Shown: positions 21,059 through 30,418 of the stretch, one piece after another
Position numbering within the stretch: the first letter of the stretch is position 1
Layout: every line of letters begins with the position of its first letter
Program-made: the position numbers and the translations under genes
NCBI GenBank assembly: GCA_963666985.2
Contig: CAXXIA010000001.1
Span: 768,001-832,000 of the forward strand
Source: Spirochaetia bacterium
Lineage (GTDB): Bacteria > Spirochaetota > Spirochaetia > DSM-2461
Direction: 5' to 3'
DNA length: 64,000 bases
The notes under the pieces: generated by a model
The model's input: the letters and a program-made list of their open reading frames with translations, nothing else
Told to the model about the DNA's origin: nothing
Databases searched by the model: none

Positions 21059-22801
21059 ATGAACGACATCAAAGACATCTGGACCGCCAGGGTTCTTTCA
21101 TCTTTGGAAACTCTCGCCGTAAAAGCAGGTATTGAATCTTCCGGTTTCAAGGAACGCCTGAGCGTCGGGAAACCTCCGAAGAGCGATATGGGCGATTTAT
21201 CATTTCCTTTATTCCCTTTTGCCAAGGACTTTAAAAAAGCTCCTCCGGCGATTGCCGCGGAACTGGCCGAAGCTCTCGGAGGAAAAGAATCCGGTGTTTC
21301 GGCCGCAGGTCCATATGTGAATGTCCGAATTGACCGAAGCGCCGCCATTGAGTCCGTCTTGAACGCCGTTGAGGCGGCCGGGGAGAACTGGGGCGGCGGG
21401 GATGAACTTGCCGGGCGAAAGGTCATGATTGAGTTCTCCAGCCCCAACACGAATAAACCTCTGCACTTGGGACACATGAGGAACGACATTCTGGGCGAAA
21501 GCTGCGCCAGAATCATGAAAGCGCGCGGTGCCGAAGTTTTAAAGGTGAATCTCGTTAACGATCGAGGAGTGCATATCTGCAAATCCATGCTGGCATATAA
21601 AAAGTTCGGCAATGAAGAAACACCGGAAACACTCCATGTAAAAAGCGATCGTTTCGTCGGAGATCTCTATGTGAAATTCAGCAAATGGGCATCCGAAGAT
21701 CAATCGGCGGAAACTCTGGCCCAGGAAATGCTGCAGAAGTGGGAATCCGGCGATGAAGAGATTCGAAACCTCTGGGAAACCATGAACGATTGGGCTCTTT
21801 CGGGTATTGAAAAAACCTATCGGAGAACCGGTGTGAGTTTCGATAGAATCTACCGAGAAAGCAATACCTACATGCTCGGGAAAGAACAGGTTCTTTCGGG
21901 ACTGAAAAAAGGCGTTTTCTACAAACATGATGATGGATCGGTTCGATTCGATATGTCGGAAATCGGATTGGATACCAAGGTTATGCTTCGATCCGACGGC
22001 ACATCGGTTTACATGACTCAGGATTTGGGAACCGCCATCAGCCGCCATGAGGATTGGCCCTTCGATCAGCTCATTTACGTTGTGGGAAGCGAGCAGGAAT
22101 ATCATTTCAGAGTTCTTTTTCATGCTCTCTCGAAATTGGGATATCCCTGGGCCGAGAAACTGCGCCATCTTTCCTACGGCATGGTGAATCTGCCTGAAGG
22201 AAAGATGAAATCAAGAGAAGGCACGGTTGTTGACGCGGATGATCTGATCGACAGCTTGGCATCCATGGCTTTGGCTGAAATTCGAGAAAAGGGACGGGAA
22301 GATTTCTTGGATGATGCCGAGTCAACCGCTGAAAAAATAGCCATAGCGGCCCTGCATTATTTTCTTCTTCAGGTAACACCGACAAAAGATATGATTTTTA
22401 ATCCGAAGGATTCGTTATCCTTCAACGGGAATACCGGTCCTTATCTTCAATACATGGTGGCCCGGGTAACCGGTTTGACTGCAAAGGCCCCTAAGGAAAT
22501 TGAATCGGCCGATGTTGATGCTTCGTTACTCGTAAGAGACGACGAATGGGAATTATGCCGGAGAATCGCCGAGTTTCCGGAATTGGTTTTTCGAGCCGCC
22601 GATAAACTCGATCCGTCGTTACTGGCGGCAGGGCTGTACGATATCGCAAGAGATTTCAGCCGCTATTATCATGATGTTCCCATAGCCAAAGCGGAAGGAA
22701 TCCCTCTCGCCGCGGCGCGGATGTCTTTGGCAAAGGCCGTATTGGCAACCTTGAAAAGCGGTTTTAAACTGCTGAACATACCTTATATCGAGGCCATGTA
22801 A
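21059..22801 (+). CDS. argS: Arginine--tRNA ligase
   Basis: EFSSPNTNKPLHLGH, YVVGSEQ.YHF, GKMKSREG, GNTGPYLQY. Confidence 0.96.
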   Translation: MNDIKDIWTARVLSSLETLAVKAGIESSGFKERLSVGKPPKSDMGDLSFPLFPFAKDFKKAPPAIAAELAEALGGKESGVSAAGPYVNVRIDRSAAIESVLNAVEAAGENWGGGDELAGRKVMIEFSSPNTNKPLHLGHMRNDILGESCARIMKARGAEVLKVNLVNDRGVHICKSMLAYKKFGNEETPETLHVKSDRFVGDLYVKFSKWASEDQSAETLAQEMLQKWESGDEEIRNLWETMNDWALSGIEKTYRRTGVSFDRIYRESNTYMLGKEQVLSGLKKGVFYKHDDGSVRFDMSEIGLDTKVMLRSDGTSVYMTQDLGTAISRHEDWPFDQLIYVVGSEQEYHFRVLFHALSKLGYPWAEKLRHLSYGMVNLPEGKMKSREGTVVDADDLIDSLASMALAEIREKGREDFLDDAESTAEKIAIAALHYFLLQVTPTKDMIFNPKDSLSFNGNTGPYLQYMVARVTGLTAKAPKEIESADVDASLLVRDDEWELCRRIAEFPELVFRAADKLDPSLLAAGLYDIARDFSRYYHDVPIAKAEGIPLAAARMSLAKAVLATLKSGFKLLNIPYIEAM

Positions 22802-22935
22802 GGTATTCGAAAGTTCGGAGAGTTCGCCGGAAACCATCGGTCGGGTTGACCATAAGTCCCGGCTAATGCTATACATGCTCGATGCGCTCAACGGTTGCGG
22901 CCGTAGGGTGATAGATTACTATAAGGGACCGAAGA

Positions 22936-23247
22936 ATGTACGCTTTAGTTGAAATAAAGGGAAAGCAGTATAAAGTGGAGAAGGGAAGCTTGATACGAGT
23001 GGATCTTCTTGACGAGAAAGCCGGCAGTGCCGTCGAATTTGAAAAAGTTCTGATGCTTTCGGGAGACAAGGGTCCGAAAATTGGTCGGCCTTATGTCGAC
23101 GGCGCCAAGATTTCGGCTACCGTCGGTGAAAATGTCAAAGGCACGAAAGTCAATGTGATGAAGTTCAAGCGTCGCAAGGGCTATCATCGGAACCAGGGAC
23201 ATCGCCAGAAGTACACCATGCTTAAGGTGAACGATATCATCGGTTAG
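22936..23247 (+). CDS. rplU: 50S ribosomal protein L21
   Basis: MYALVEIKGKQYKV...KFKRRKGY..NQGHRQ. Confidence 0.97.
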   Translation: MYALVEIKGKQYKVEKGSLIRVDLLDEKAGSAVEFEKVLMLSGDKGPKIGRPYVDGAKISATVGENVKGTKVNVMKFKRRKGYHRNQGHRQKYTMLKVNDIIG

Positions 23248-23254
23248 GATAACC

Positions 23255-23659
23255 TTGGTTTCCATCGTCGTGGGACTGGACGGGCGGGGTGCCTTGCGCC
23301 GCCTCGAAATGGAAGGTCATGCGGACGGATTCGGAACGGCGGAATTACCGCGGAGTTTCGATTTAAGGAACTGGTTCCGAAAACGGAATGGAACGGAAAC
23401 CTTCGCGAGCCGGGGGAATCCGGCCTGTGCGGCGGTAACGCTGGTGGCCCGTTCGGTCGCTCGATTGGCGGCTTCAAGAACGGGATGGACAGTCGACGGG
23501 GATGCGTCGGAACCGGGGAACCTCTCCCTGGTTATCAAAAGCCGTCCCGAAGACACGGATGAATGGCTTCTCGGGGTAACCGATACCCTGATGCAGGCCT
23601 TGGCCGATATCACCGAGGAATACCCCGGAGCGATTTCGGTGAGAACAGAGGAGATGTAA
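23255..23659 (+). CDS. prp: Ribosomal-processing cysteine protease Prp-like protein
   Basis: Between rplU and rpmA; GHA...ACAAVT catalytic motifs; EEYP C-terminus. Confidence 0.75.
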   Translation: MVSIVVGLDGRGALRRLEMEGHADGFGTAELPRSFDLRNWFRKRNGTETFASRGNPACAAVTLVARSVARLAASRTGWTVDGDASEPGNLSLVIKSRPEDTDEWLLGVTDTLMQALADITEEYPGAISVRTEEM

Positions 23660-23914
23660 ATGGCTCATAAAAAAGGCGGCGGTTCTTCTAAGAACGGTCG
23701 CGATTCCAATGCCCAAAGGCTTGGTGTGAAGCGTTTCGGCGGTCAGGTTGTTAAGGCCGGAGAAATCCTTATCCGTCAGCGCGGCACCAGAATCCATCCC
23801 GGCGACAATGTCGGCCGCGGAAAGGACGATACGCTCTTCGCTAAAGCGGCGGGTACCGTTCTCTACCATTTTAAAAAAGGTAAGAAGCGGGTCTCCATCG
23901 TTACGGAAGGATAG
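23660..23914 (+). CDS. rpmA: 50S ribosomal protein L27
   Basis: [21 protein letters not shown]...RQRGT. Confidence 0.97.
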   Translation: MAHKKGGGSSKNGRDSNAQRLGVKRFGGQVVKAGEILIRQRGTRIHPGDNVGRGKDDTLFAKAAGTVLYHFKKGKKRVSIVTEG

Positions 23915-23920
23915 GATTCT

Positions 23921-24913
23921 GTGTCCGCCTTCGTCGACGAGACCCGGTTCGAGGTCCGTTCCGGCGACGGCGGTTCCGGCAGCGCCTCTTTTCGCCGGGA
24001 AAAATATGCCCCTAAGGGCGGCCCCGACGGCGGCGACGGCGGCCGCGGCGGGGATGTCGTTTTTATCACTAAAAAAAATCTGGCAACTCTTGCGCACCTT
24101 CGCGGTAAAGCCGTTTTCAAGGCTCGTCACGGCGAACCGGGAAGAGGCCGGAGAATGCATGGAAGCAACGGCGACGACGAGATAATTCCGGTGCCTCCGG
24201 GAACTCGAATCCGAAATGCTTTCTCCGGAGAAATTCTCCATGATTTTCCCAAGGATCTCGAAGGGGAAAGATGGGTTTGTCTTTCGGGCGGCAAAGGCGG
24301 TCTCGGCAACTGGCATTTTAAAAGTTCTCGGAACAGACGCCCTACATACGCACAGCCCGGACTGCCCGGTTCCATGCTGGAAGTTTCACTGGAATTGGCC
24401 CTTATTGCCGACATCGGGCTTATCGGACTGCCCAGCGCGGGAAAATCAAGTCTGATTAATGCCGTTACCGCCGCTCAATCGAAAGTCGGTGCTTATCCTT
24501 TTACAACGAAAGTTCCCCATTTGGGCGTACTCAAACGAGGAGAGGCTGAAATAGTCGTAGCGGATATTCCGGGATTAATTGAAGGCGCTTCGGAGGGCGC
24601 CGGACTCGGACATAAATTTCTCAGGCATATAGGTCGAGCGGGCTCCTTAGCCTTTTTAACGGATTTAAGCGAGGATAATCCGGCGACTGCCGTCCGCATC
24701 CTTGAGAAAGAGCTGCTTGGTTACGATGAGTCTTTAAGCTCGAAAAAGCGAATTATCGTCGGAACGAAAACCGATCTTGATGAGGATGGGAAAGGTTTTG
24801 ACGCTCTGAAAAAAGCATTCCCGGACGATATCGTTCTGGGAGTCTCCGTATTCAATCGGGAAGGTCTGGAACATCTTATCAATCTCTTCATTGAATTCGG
24901 AACGGGAGCGTAA
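23921..24913 (+). CDS. obgE: GTPase ObgE
   Basis: FVDE..SGDGG, FRREKY.PKGGPDGGDGGRGG, GLPSAGKS, YPFTT, DIPGLI. Confidence 0.96.
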   Translation: MSAFVDETRFEVRSGDGGSGSASFRREKYAPKGGPDGGDGGRGGDVVFITKKNLATLAHLRGKAVFKARHGEPGRGRRMHGSNGDDEIIPVPPGTRIRNAFSGEILHDFPKDLEGERWVCLSGGKGGLGNWHFKSSRNRRPTYAQPGLPGSMLEVSLELALIADIGLIGLPSAGKSSLINAVTAAQSKVGAYPFTTKVPHLGVLKRGEAEIVVADIPGLIEGASEGAGLGHKFLRHIGRAGSLAFLTDLSEDNPATAVRILEKELLGYDESLSSKKRIIVGTKTDLDEDGKGFDALKKAFPDDIVLGVSVFNREGLEHLINLFIEFGTGA

Positions 24914-25482
24914 TGAAGAGCGCCATACTCGGAGGATCGTTCAACCCGGTACACAAAGCGCATCTTTTGCTGGCCGAAGCTGTTTTGGAAATCGGATATG
25001 AAAGAATCATTTTCATACCGGCCGCCAATCCGCCGCATAAAAGGCTTATGGAAGGCGCCGCGGATACGCAGCGGATTGAAATGCTCTCCATTGCTCTTGA
25101 AGGATTGAAATGGGCGAAAATCTGGGATGGAGAAATCCTCAGAGGCGGCATATCCTATACCATCGATACGGTTCGGGAACTTAAATCCTCCGGGTTCGTC
25201 GTGGGCCTGCCGGGATTAATTTTGGGTGATGATCTTGCCTCGGGATTCATGAAGTGGAAATGTGCGGCCTCTTTGGCGGAGGAAACCACCATCATTCTTG
25301 CCCGCAGAGGCGCCGAAGAAGTCGATTTTCCGTTCCCTTGTATACGGCTTCGTAATGGAATTTGGCCGGATTCATCCACTGCCGTCAGGAATCTGATCGA
25401 CCAGGGAAAAGACATGAGGACTCTGGTTCCCGAAGGCGTCGCGGATTATATCGAGAGGAATCATCTTTATGGCTGCGATTGA
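24913..25482 (+). CDS. nadD: Nicotinate-nucleotide adenylyltransferase
   Basis: LGGSFNPVHKAH, PPHK, SYTIDT, SSTAVR. Confidence 0.9.
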   Translation: MKSAILGGSFNPVHKAHLLLAEAVLEIGYERIIFIPAANPPHKRLMEGAADTQRIEMLSIALEGLKWAKIWDGEILRGGISYTIDTVRELKSSGFVVGLPGLILGDDLASGFMKWKCAASLAEETTIILARRGAEEVDFPFPCIRLRNGIWPDSSTAVRNLIDQGKDMRTLVPEGVADYIERNHLYGCD

Positions 25483-26668
25483 AAAGACAACCTCATCACG
25501 CAGGCCCGAAAGCGCCGCTTGGTATTTGGCTCTTATCGTTATACTCGCATCGGCATTGATTGTATGGGCCGTATTAAGTCTTAAAACGGATCTTTTCACC
25601 GAAGCGATGAAGCAGGAGAAAGTTATAAGTCTTCTCATTGTTATAGATGAAGGAACCGAACCTGTCGTAACGGAGGTTTTTTTCTTTCATCCGATAACAA
25701 AATCGGGCGCTTTAATCGACTTCCCCGGAGAAACCGGGATGCTGCTTTCCAAAGTGGACAGAGTGGATCGACTTTCCTCCCTCTACAATCAGTCCGATAC
25801 CGAAGATTATGCGGATGCCGTCGGTGATCTTTTGGGTAATCCCGTGGATTTTCTTATCCGAATGGATCTTGACGGCTTTGAAAGACTGGTGGATATCATC
25901 GGGGGCATCGATATCTTCGTTCCGAATGCCATAGACGAAACATCCGCTGATTATCGCTTTCTTTTTCCTCCCGGAAGCGTCCGGATGGACGGCGCGAAAG
26001 CGAAATCCTACCTGGTTTATCACCCGGAAAGTGAATTGATCAGCGAACGCACAGACAGAGAACATCGGGTAATTCAATCCCTGCTGAAAGCTCTCGGGAA
26101 CAAAAAGGAAATGCTTGCTTCGGAAGATGTTTTGCCTTTTATCGACGAAATCATGGATTCCGACTTGGACGAAAGCGGTTTGATTTCCTTCATCGGGGCA
26201 CTTTCGGAACTGGATGCGGACAGAATCGTTTATCAGGGGATTTTAGGGAACAGACGCCGGCTTGAGGGACGCACTGTTCTATTTCCTTACTATGACGGGA
26301 AATTGATTAAAGAAACGGTGCAGAGAATTAATGAGACTTTGGCCCGTACGGACGAGTTTTCGGAAGATTTAAGAACCATCCGAGTGGAAATTCTGAATGG
26401 CACGAATGTGAACGGATTGGCGTCAAGGACGGCACAGGTTTTTCAAAGTTTCGGATTTCGAATTTCCGATATCTCGAATGCCGATAGAGACGATTACGAG
26501 AGAACCGTGGTTCTTGATCGTCGAGGAAATCCCGAAGCGGCCGGAAGGGTGGCGGATTTGATCAGATGTTCTCAAGTTCACTCTCGGGTGGATGGAACTC
26601 GTGATGAGACCGTTGATGTAACGGTGATTTTAGGAAAGGATTTTGATGGACGATTCGTTAAGGAATAA
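25469..26668 (+). CDS. LCP-family protein with C-terminal LytR_C domain
   Basis: N-terminal TM, LVDIIGGIDI, C-terminal VEILNGT..GLA..TA...NAD...VILGKDF. Confidence 0.8.
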   Translation: MAAIEKTTSSRRPESAAWYLALIVILASALIVWAVLSLKTDLFTEAMKQEKVISLLIVIDEGTEPVVTEVFFFHPITKSGALIDFPGETGMLLSKVDRVDRLSSLYNQSDTEDYADAVGDLLGNPVDFLIRMDLDGFERLVDIIGGIDIFVPNAIDETSADYRFLFPPGSVRMDGAKAKSYLVYHPESELISERTDREHRVIQSLLKALGNKKEMLASEDVLPFIDEIMDSDLDESGLISFIGALSELDADRIVYQGILGNRRRLEGRTVLFPYYDGKLIKETVQRINETLARTDEFSEDLRTIRVEILNGTNVNGLASRTAQVFQSFGFRISDISNADRDDYERTVVLDRRGNPEAAGRVADLIRCSQVHSRVDGTRDETVDVTVILGKDFDGRFVKE

Positions 26669-27017
26669 AGTAATCGAACTCTGCGGAGAACTGACCGATA
26701 GGGGAGTTCTGAATGTCGTCGGCCTTAAAATGGGCCCCGAATGCTCCTGGACCTCCTTTCTCGTTATTGGAACGGTAACGAGCCGCGTCCATATGAACGG
26801 GTCCGCAAAAACAACAGAAGATCTGTTGAAAAAAATGGGATTGGAATCCGGCGGTAAGAAAAAAAACGAGGCGATTTCATGGCAAATCATCGACGGCGGT
26901 GAGGTCGTTGTCAGTTTAATGGATGCCGATGCAAGAAAATTTTACGCATTGGAAGAACGCTGGTATGAATCCGAGATGATTTATGAAGGCGGAGATTTAC
27001 GGAAGCAAAACGATTAA
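26646..27017 (+). CDS. rsfS: Ribosome silencing factor
   Basis: WQIIDGGEVVVSLM..ARKFYALEERW. Confidence 0.85.
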   Translation: MDDSLRNKVIELCGELTDRGVLNVVGLKMGPECSWTSFLVIGTVTSRVHMNGSAKTTEDLLKKMGLESGGKKKNEAISWQIIDGGEVVVSLMDADARKFYALEERWYESEMIYEGGDLRKQND

Positions 27018-27106
27018 ACTAAGGCTCTTCCGAAAATTGAATCGGTTTGCCCCGGAGTATGAGGGGCGCGATTTTACCTGTGAGCCCGGGATCTATACAG
27101 GAGTAT

Positions 27107-27562
27107 TTATAGGTTCAGCAATGAATTACGTGTCCATTGCATGATAAGCTCGTTTTCTCCTGTCGCGTCATCTATGGATTCCGAGAAGAAAGAAAAGCCT
27201 TTGTATTTGTAGAATCCTATGCTTCTTTTGTTCCGTGAATACACTCTCAGATGAAGATTCGTGCGGATTGTTTTAACATAGTCTATTAATAACCCGCCAA
27301 TCCCGCTTCCTTGATTTTCAGGCCTTACGAAAATAGCGGCGAGATGATTTTCCATCAGTGAAACAAATCCTAAGATTCCTTGTTCGTTGGCGGCCACATA
27401 GGTCTCCGAGATGGGTAAGTATTTGTATTTCATCGTGGATCTATTGGCTTTCCAATAATCGATTGGAATGAAGCTGTGTGCCTCTTTTGACGCTTCATAC
27501 CAAATCTCTACAGCTTCAGTGATTTCATCCTTGCCGATTCTTCGAATTTGTATACCTTTCAT
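27107..27562 (-). CDS. GNAT family N-acetyltransferase
   Basis: AHSFIP..YW, IFVRPENQGSGIG acetyl-CoA motif, N..SIGFY..KGF. Confidence 0.88.
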   Translation of the reverse strand: MKGIQIRRIGKDEITEAVEIWYEASKEAHSFIPIDYWKANRSTMKYKYLPISETYVAANEQGILGFVSLMENHLAAIFVRPENQGSGIGGLLIDYVKTIRTNLHLRVYSRNKRSIGFYKYKGFSFFSESIDDATGENELIMQWTRNSLLNL

Positions 27563-27912
27563 AGCATCCCTCGATGTGAAAAATGTATAAACGGTTTTGT
27601 AATCTTAATTTGACAAGCCTAAGAAAAGTCGGTTGAAGTATGCTTCGGCATCCGCCGCTAAGCTTGTTTCATGAGAAAGTACCACATCAGCAAATATATG
27701 TCATCCATATTAACTTTTAATGTGATAAATGCGCGAAACACAATAAAACATCCGGCATCGACGGGACCGAATGGCTTGGGGGAGGTAGGTGTCAGCACCG
27801 GTGATAAATTTCCTGAAAACACCGGAATAAGATTTCCGGTTTTGAGCCAATAAAAACGGGCGAGTATCCCTAAGATGGAGTAACCATACACCCATCGAAA
27901 AGGACACTGCCC

Positions 27913-29166
27913 GTGAAGCTCCAGGAGAAACGCATGCACCAGGCTCAAGTGCTGGCCAAGGAAGGGTACAAGCAGTACCGAATCGCCGAAATACTCGGCG
28001 TTACCGACCGAACGGTTCGAAATTACCTCAGCGGACACAGTCCCAAAATGAGCCCCAGGAAGAAACGGAAGAGCAAGCTCGACCACTTCAAATCCCATAT
28101 TCGCAGTGTACTTGAGGAGGAACCGCTCTTCAATTGCGAGGTGCTTTATAAGAATCTTTGCGCCATGGGTTACACCGGAGGAATCACCATCCTCCGTGAT
28201 TTCGCCAAAGAGACCCGAGATGAGATTCAGAGAGAAGTAGTTCGCCGCTTCGAAACCCAGGCCGGCTACCAGGCACAGATGGACTGGAAGATATTGCCGA
28301 AGGAACACTGGCGAGGCGTCTACGCCTTCGTCATGGTCCTCGGCTACAGCCGGACTCCCTATGTGAGATTCACCACCGATATGACCAGCGGCACACTGCT
28401 GGCCTGCCACCAGAAAGCCTTTGAGTATTTTGGCGGTGTTCCTCAGACTGTATTGTACGACAACATGAAAACAGCATGGGTCCACGACGGAGAAGAGTGG
28501 AAGACCAACTCCCGGTTACTGGAGTTCGCTTCCTCCTACGGTTTCTCTCCAAGACGATGCGCCGTCAGGCGTCCCCAGACCAAAGGAAAAGTAGAGAGGT
28601 TCATCGACTACCTTTCGGGTAACTTCCTTTCTCAGGCACGGCGTAGTGGCCTGAAGACGATCGAAGAACTCAATGACGCCATTCTGCCCTGGCTGACTGA
28701 AGTTCAGCAGAAAGAGCTCCGGGACTACCAGGAAAGTCGTGCCCAGCGATATGAGGTGGAGAAATCCTTCCTGCAACCGGCACCGCCAGAGGGAGCTTTT
28801 GACTACCGTGACAGCATTCAGCTCATTGTCAGTCGAGAAGGCTCAGTCACCTACAAGACTAACAAGTACAGCGTGCCGCCTGTATTGGTTGGTAAGAAGC
28901 TGACGCTGAAAATCGATGCGCTTTCCATGCAGGGGGAAATCCTCAATGGGAAGGTTTCCATACGGCTATTCAATCTCCTTCCAGCTGGCTCCCGGCAGAA
29001 GGATATCCGCAATGAAGATCGGGAAGCACTCTTTACCCTGTGGGAGAAGCAGCGTAAGAAGTCGGCGAAAAAACCAGTCCGGAAGCAACAAGATGAGCAG
29101 ACCATCGTCGATATCAGAAATCCTGCCTACTATGAGCGCTTTGTCGCTGTGGGAGTCTCGGTATGA
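27913..29166 (+). CDS. istA: IS21 transposase
   Basis: N-terminal HTH, RFET..G.QAQMDW, FGGVP..VLYDNMKTA, PQTKGKVER. Confidence 0.95.
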   Translation: MKLQEKRMHQAQVLAKEGYKQYRIAEILGVTDRTVRNYLSGHSPKMSPRKKRKSKLDHFKSHIRSVLEEEPLFNCEVLYKNLCAMGYTGGITILRDFAKETRDEIQREVVRRFETQAGYQAQMDWKILPKEHWRGVYAFVMVLGYSRTPYVRFTTDMTSGTLLACHQKAFEYFGGVPQTVLYDNMKTAWVHDGEEWKTNSRLLEFASSYGFSPRRCAVRRPQTKGKVERFIDYLSGNFLSQARRSGLKTIEELNDAILPWLTEVQQKELRDYQESRAQRYEVEKSFLQPAPPEGAFDYRDSIQLIVSREGSVTYKTNKYSVPPVLVGKKLTLKIDALSMQGEILNGKVSIRLFNLLPAGSRQKDIRNEDREALFTLWEKQRKKSAKKPVRKQQDEQTIVDIRNPAYYERFVAVGVSV

Positions 29167-29927
29167 ATATCAAACTTGAGACCGTCACCGAGAGAATGAA
29201 TTCGCTGGGTATGAGTTTCATGTCCGCAGGACTGGAATCCTTCCTGGCAGAACCCCGCCGGCAGGAACAGACGGTACTGGATATCGTTGCCGACTTGATG
29301 GAACTTGAATACATCCCCCGTAAAGAACGGAGCGCCAAGAGCCGCTTGAAGCTTTCAGGAATGCCGGCAGTGAAAAGGCTGGAAGACTTCGACAGGGGGT
29401 GGCTCAAAGGTGGTATCACCAACCGCCAGTTTGACGAGCTCTCCTCTCTGGCCTTCATCGAGCGAAAGGAGAACGTCATTCTCATGGGTCCCAGCGGCCT
29501 GGGAAAATCTCATCTGATGCTGGCCCTGGGGCACAAGGCCTGCATGGAGGGATTCACCACCTACCATACCACCTGCATCGACCTCATTGAGAACCTGGTT
29601 CTTGCCCGAGAGAACAACCGGCTCAAGCGTCGGCTGGTATGGCTCCGAAAACCGCACCTGCTTCTCATCGATGAAGTCGGTTACGAGAAGCTGACACCCG
29701 AACAGGCTAATCTTTTCTTCCAGGTTGTGAATGCCCGGTATGAACAGGGGAGTATGATCATTACGACGAACAAGCCATTTGGCAGATGGGCGGAGATAAT
29801 GAGTGATGAGGCTGTTGCCAGTGCAACCCTGGACCGTCTGCTTCACCATGCTCATATCCTGAGTCTTCAAGGAGACTCGTACCGAATGAAGGATCGGTTG
29901 AAAGCGGGAGTCGTTGACTTCCTTTGA
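29163..29927 (+). CDS. istB: IS21 helper AAA+ ATPase
   Basis: GPSGLGKSHL, LLIDEVGY, RYE, TTNKPF..W, LDRLLHH, GDSYR. Confidence 0.95.
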   Translation: MNIKLETVTERMNSLGMSFMSAGLESFLAEPRRQEQTVLDIVADLMELEYIPRKERSAKSRLKLSGMPAVKRLEDFDRGWLKGGITNRQFDELSSLAFIERKENVILMGPSGLGKSHLMLALGHKACMEGFTTYHTTCIDLIENLVLARENNRLKRRLVWLRKPHLLLIDEVGYEKLTPEQANLFFQVVNARYEQGSMIITTNKPFGRWAEIMSDEAVASATLDRLLHHAHILSLQGDSYRMKDRLKAGVVDFL

Positions 29928-30126
29928 CGCCCAAAACCGGAAAAACTAAATCGGTGAAATCCGGAAATGTTTCGTCGGTGTTGACAGTAGGGGGGAATCC
30001 CATTCAAACCGCGACTTCCTGTCTTGTTTTTTTCGGGCCGTCTTCGCTCACTTCCGGCCACATCCTGTGGCCTCTTCCTCGCTATTGCTCGGCGTTCGCT
30101 CCGCTTCGATTCCCCCTTGAATCAAT

Positions 30127-30165
30127 AAAAAAGCCCGACACCCCCTGACGGGATATCGGGCTTTT
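30127..30165 (-). terminator. Terminator following the tmRNA-like 3' fragment (bidirectional)
   Basis: AAAAAAGCCCGA...TCGGGCTTTT stem with A/T tails. Confidence 0.8.
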
Positions 30166-30187
30166 TGGAGGTGGGGGGAATCGAACC
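30166..30187 (-). other. Prophage attachment core: 3' end of tmRNA (or tRNA-Ala)
   Basis: Minus strand GGTTCGATTCCCCCCACCTCCA = T-loop + acceptor 3' strand with U70 (Ala identity); no 5' half adjacent. Confidence 0.75.
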
Positions 30188-30276
30188 GCCTAAAGCTCTA
30201 TATATAGCGTTATGTTGTGTTGCATTACGTTATGATCGCACTATATGTAGCGGCGTGATTTTTTGTAAAAACGATA

Positions 30277-30362
30277 CTGATGTCACTTCTGATGACACGA
30301 CTTACGGCATTTTTAACGGAAAACTGGAGCCGGGTGGATTGTGATGTCTTTTCTGATGTCAG
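30277..30362. repeat. Putative integrase arm-type binding sites
   Basis: Two pairs of 12-bp-spaced direct repeats: CTGATGTCAC 30277, CTGATGACAC 30289, GTGATGTCTT 30341, CTGATGTCAG 30353. Confidence 0.55.
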
Positions 30363-30418
30363 TACAATTTTCTAAGGCTCTCCCCCTCTTAAACACATTT
30401 TAGCTAATGTAAATACCA

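Larger units (their letters stand above)
27790..29986 (+). mobile_element. IS21-family insertion sequence
   Basis: Terminal IRs TGTCAGCACCGGTGATAAATTTCC / rc TGTCAACACCGACGAAACATTTCC; 5-bp target duplication GTAGG at 27785-27789 and 29987-29991; istA and istB. Confidence 0.95.

Noticed and set aside
30166..30260. Complete tRNA-Ala or tmRNA on the minus strand
   Set aside because: T-stem pairing breaks beyond 30187 and no 5' acceptor strand is nearby; treated as an att fragment.
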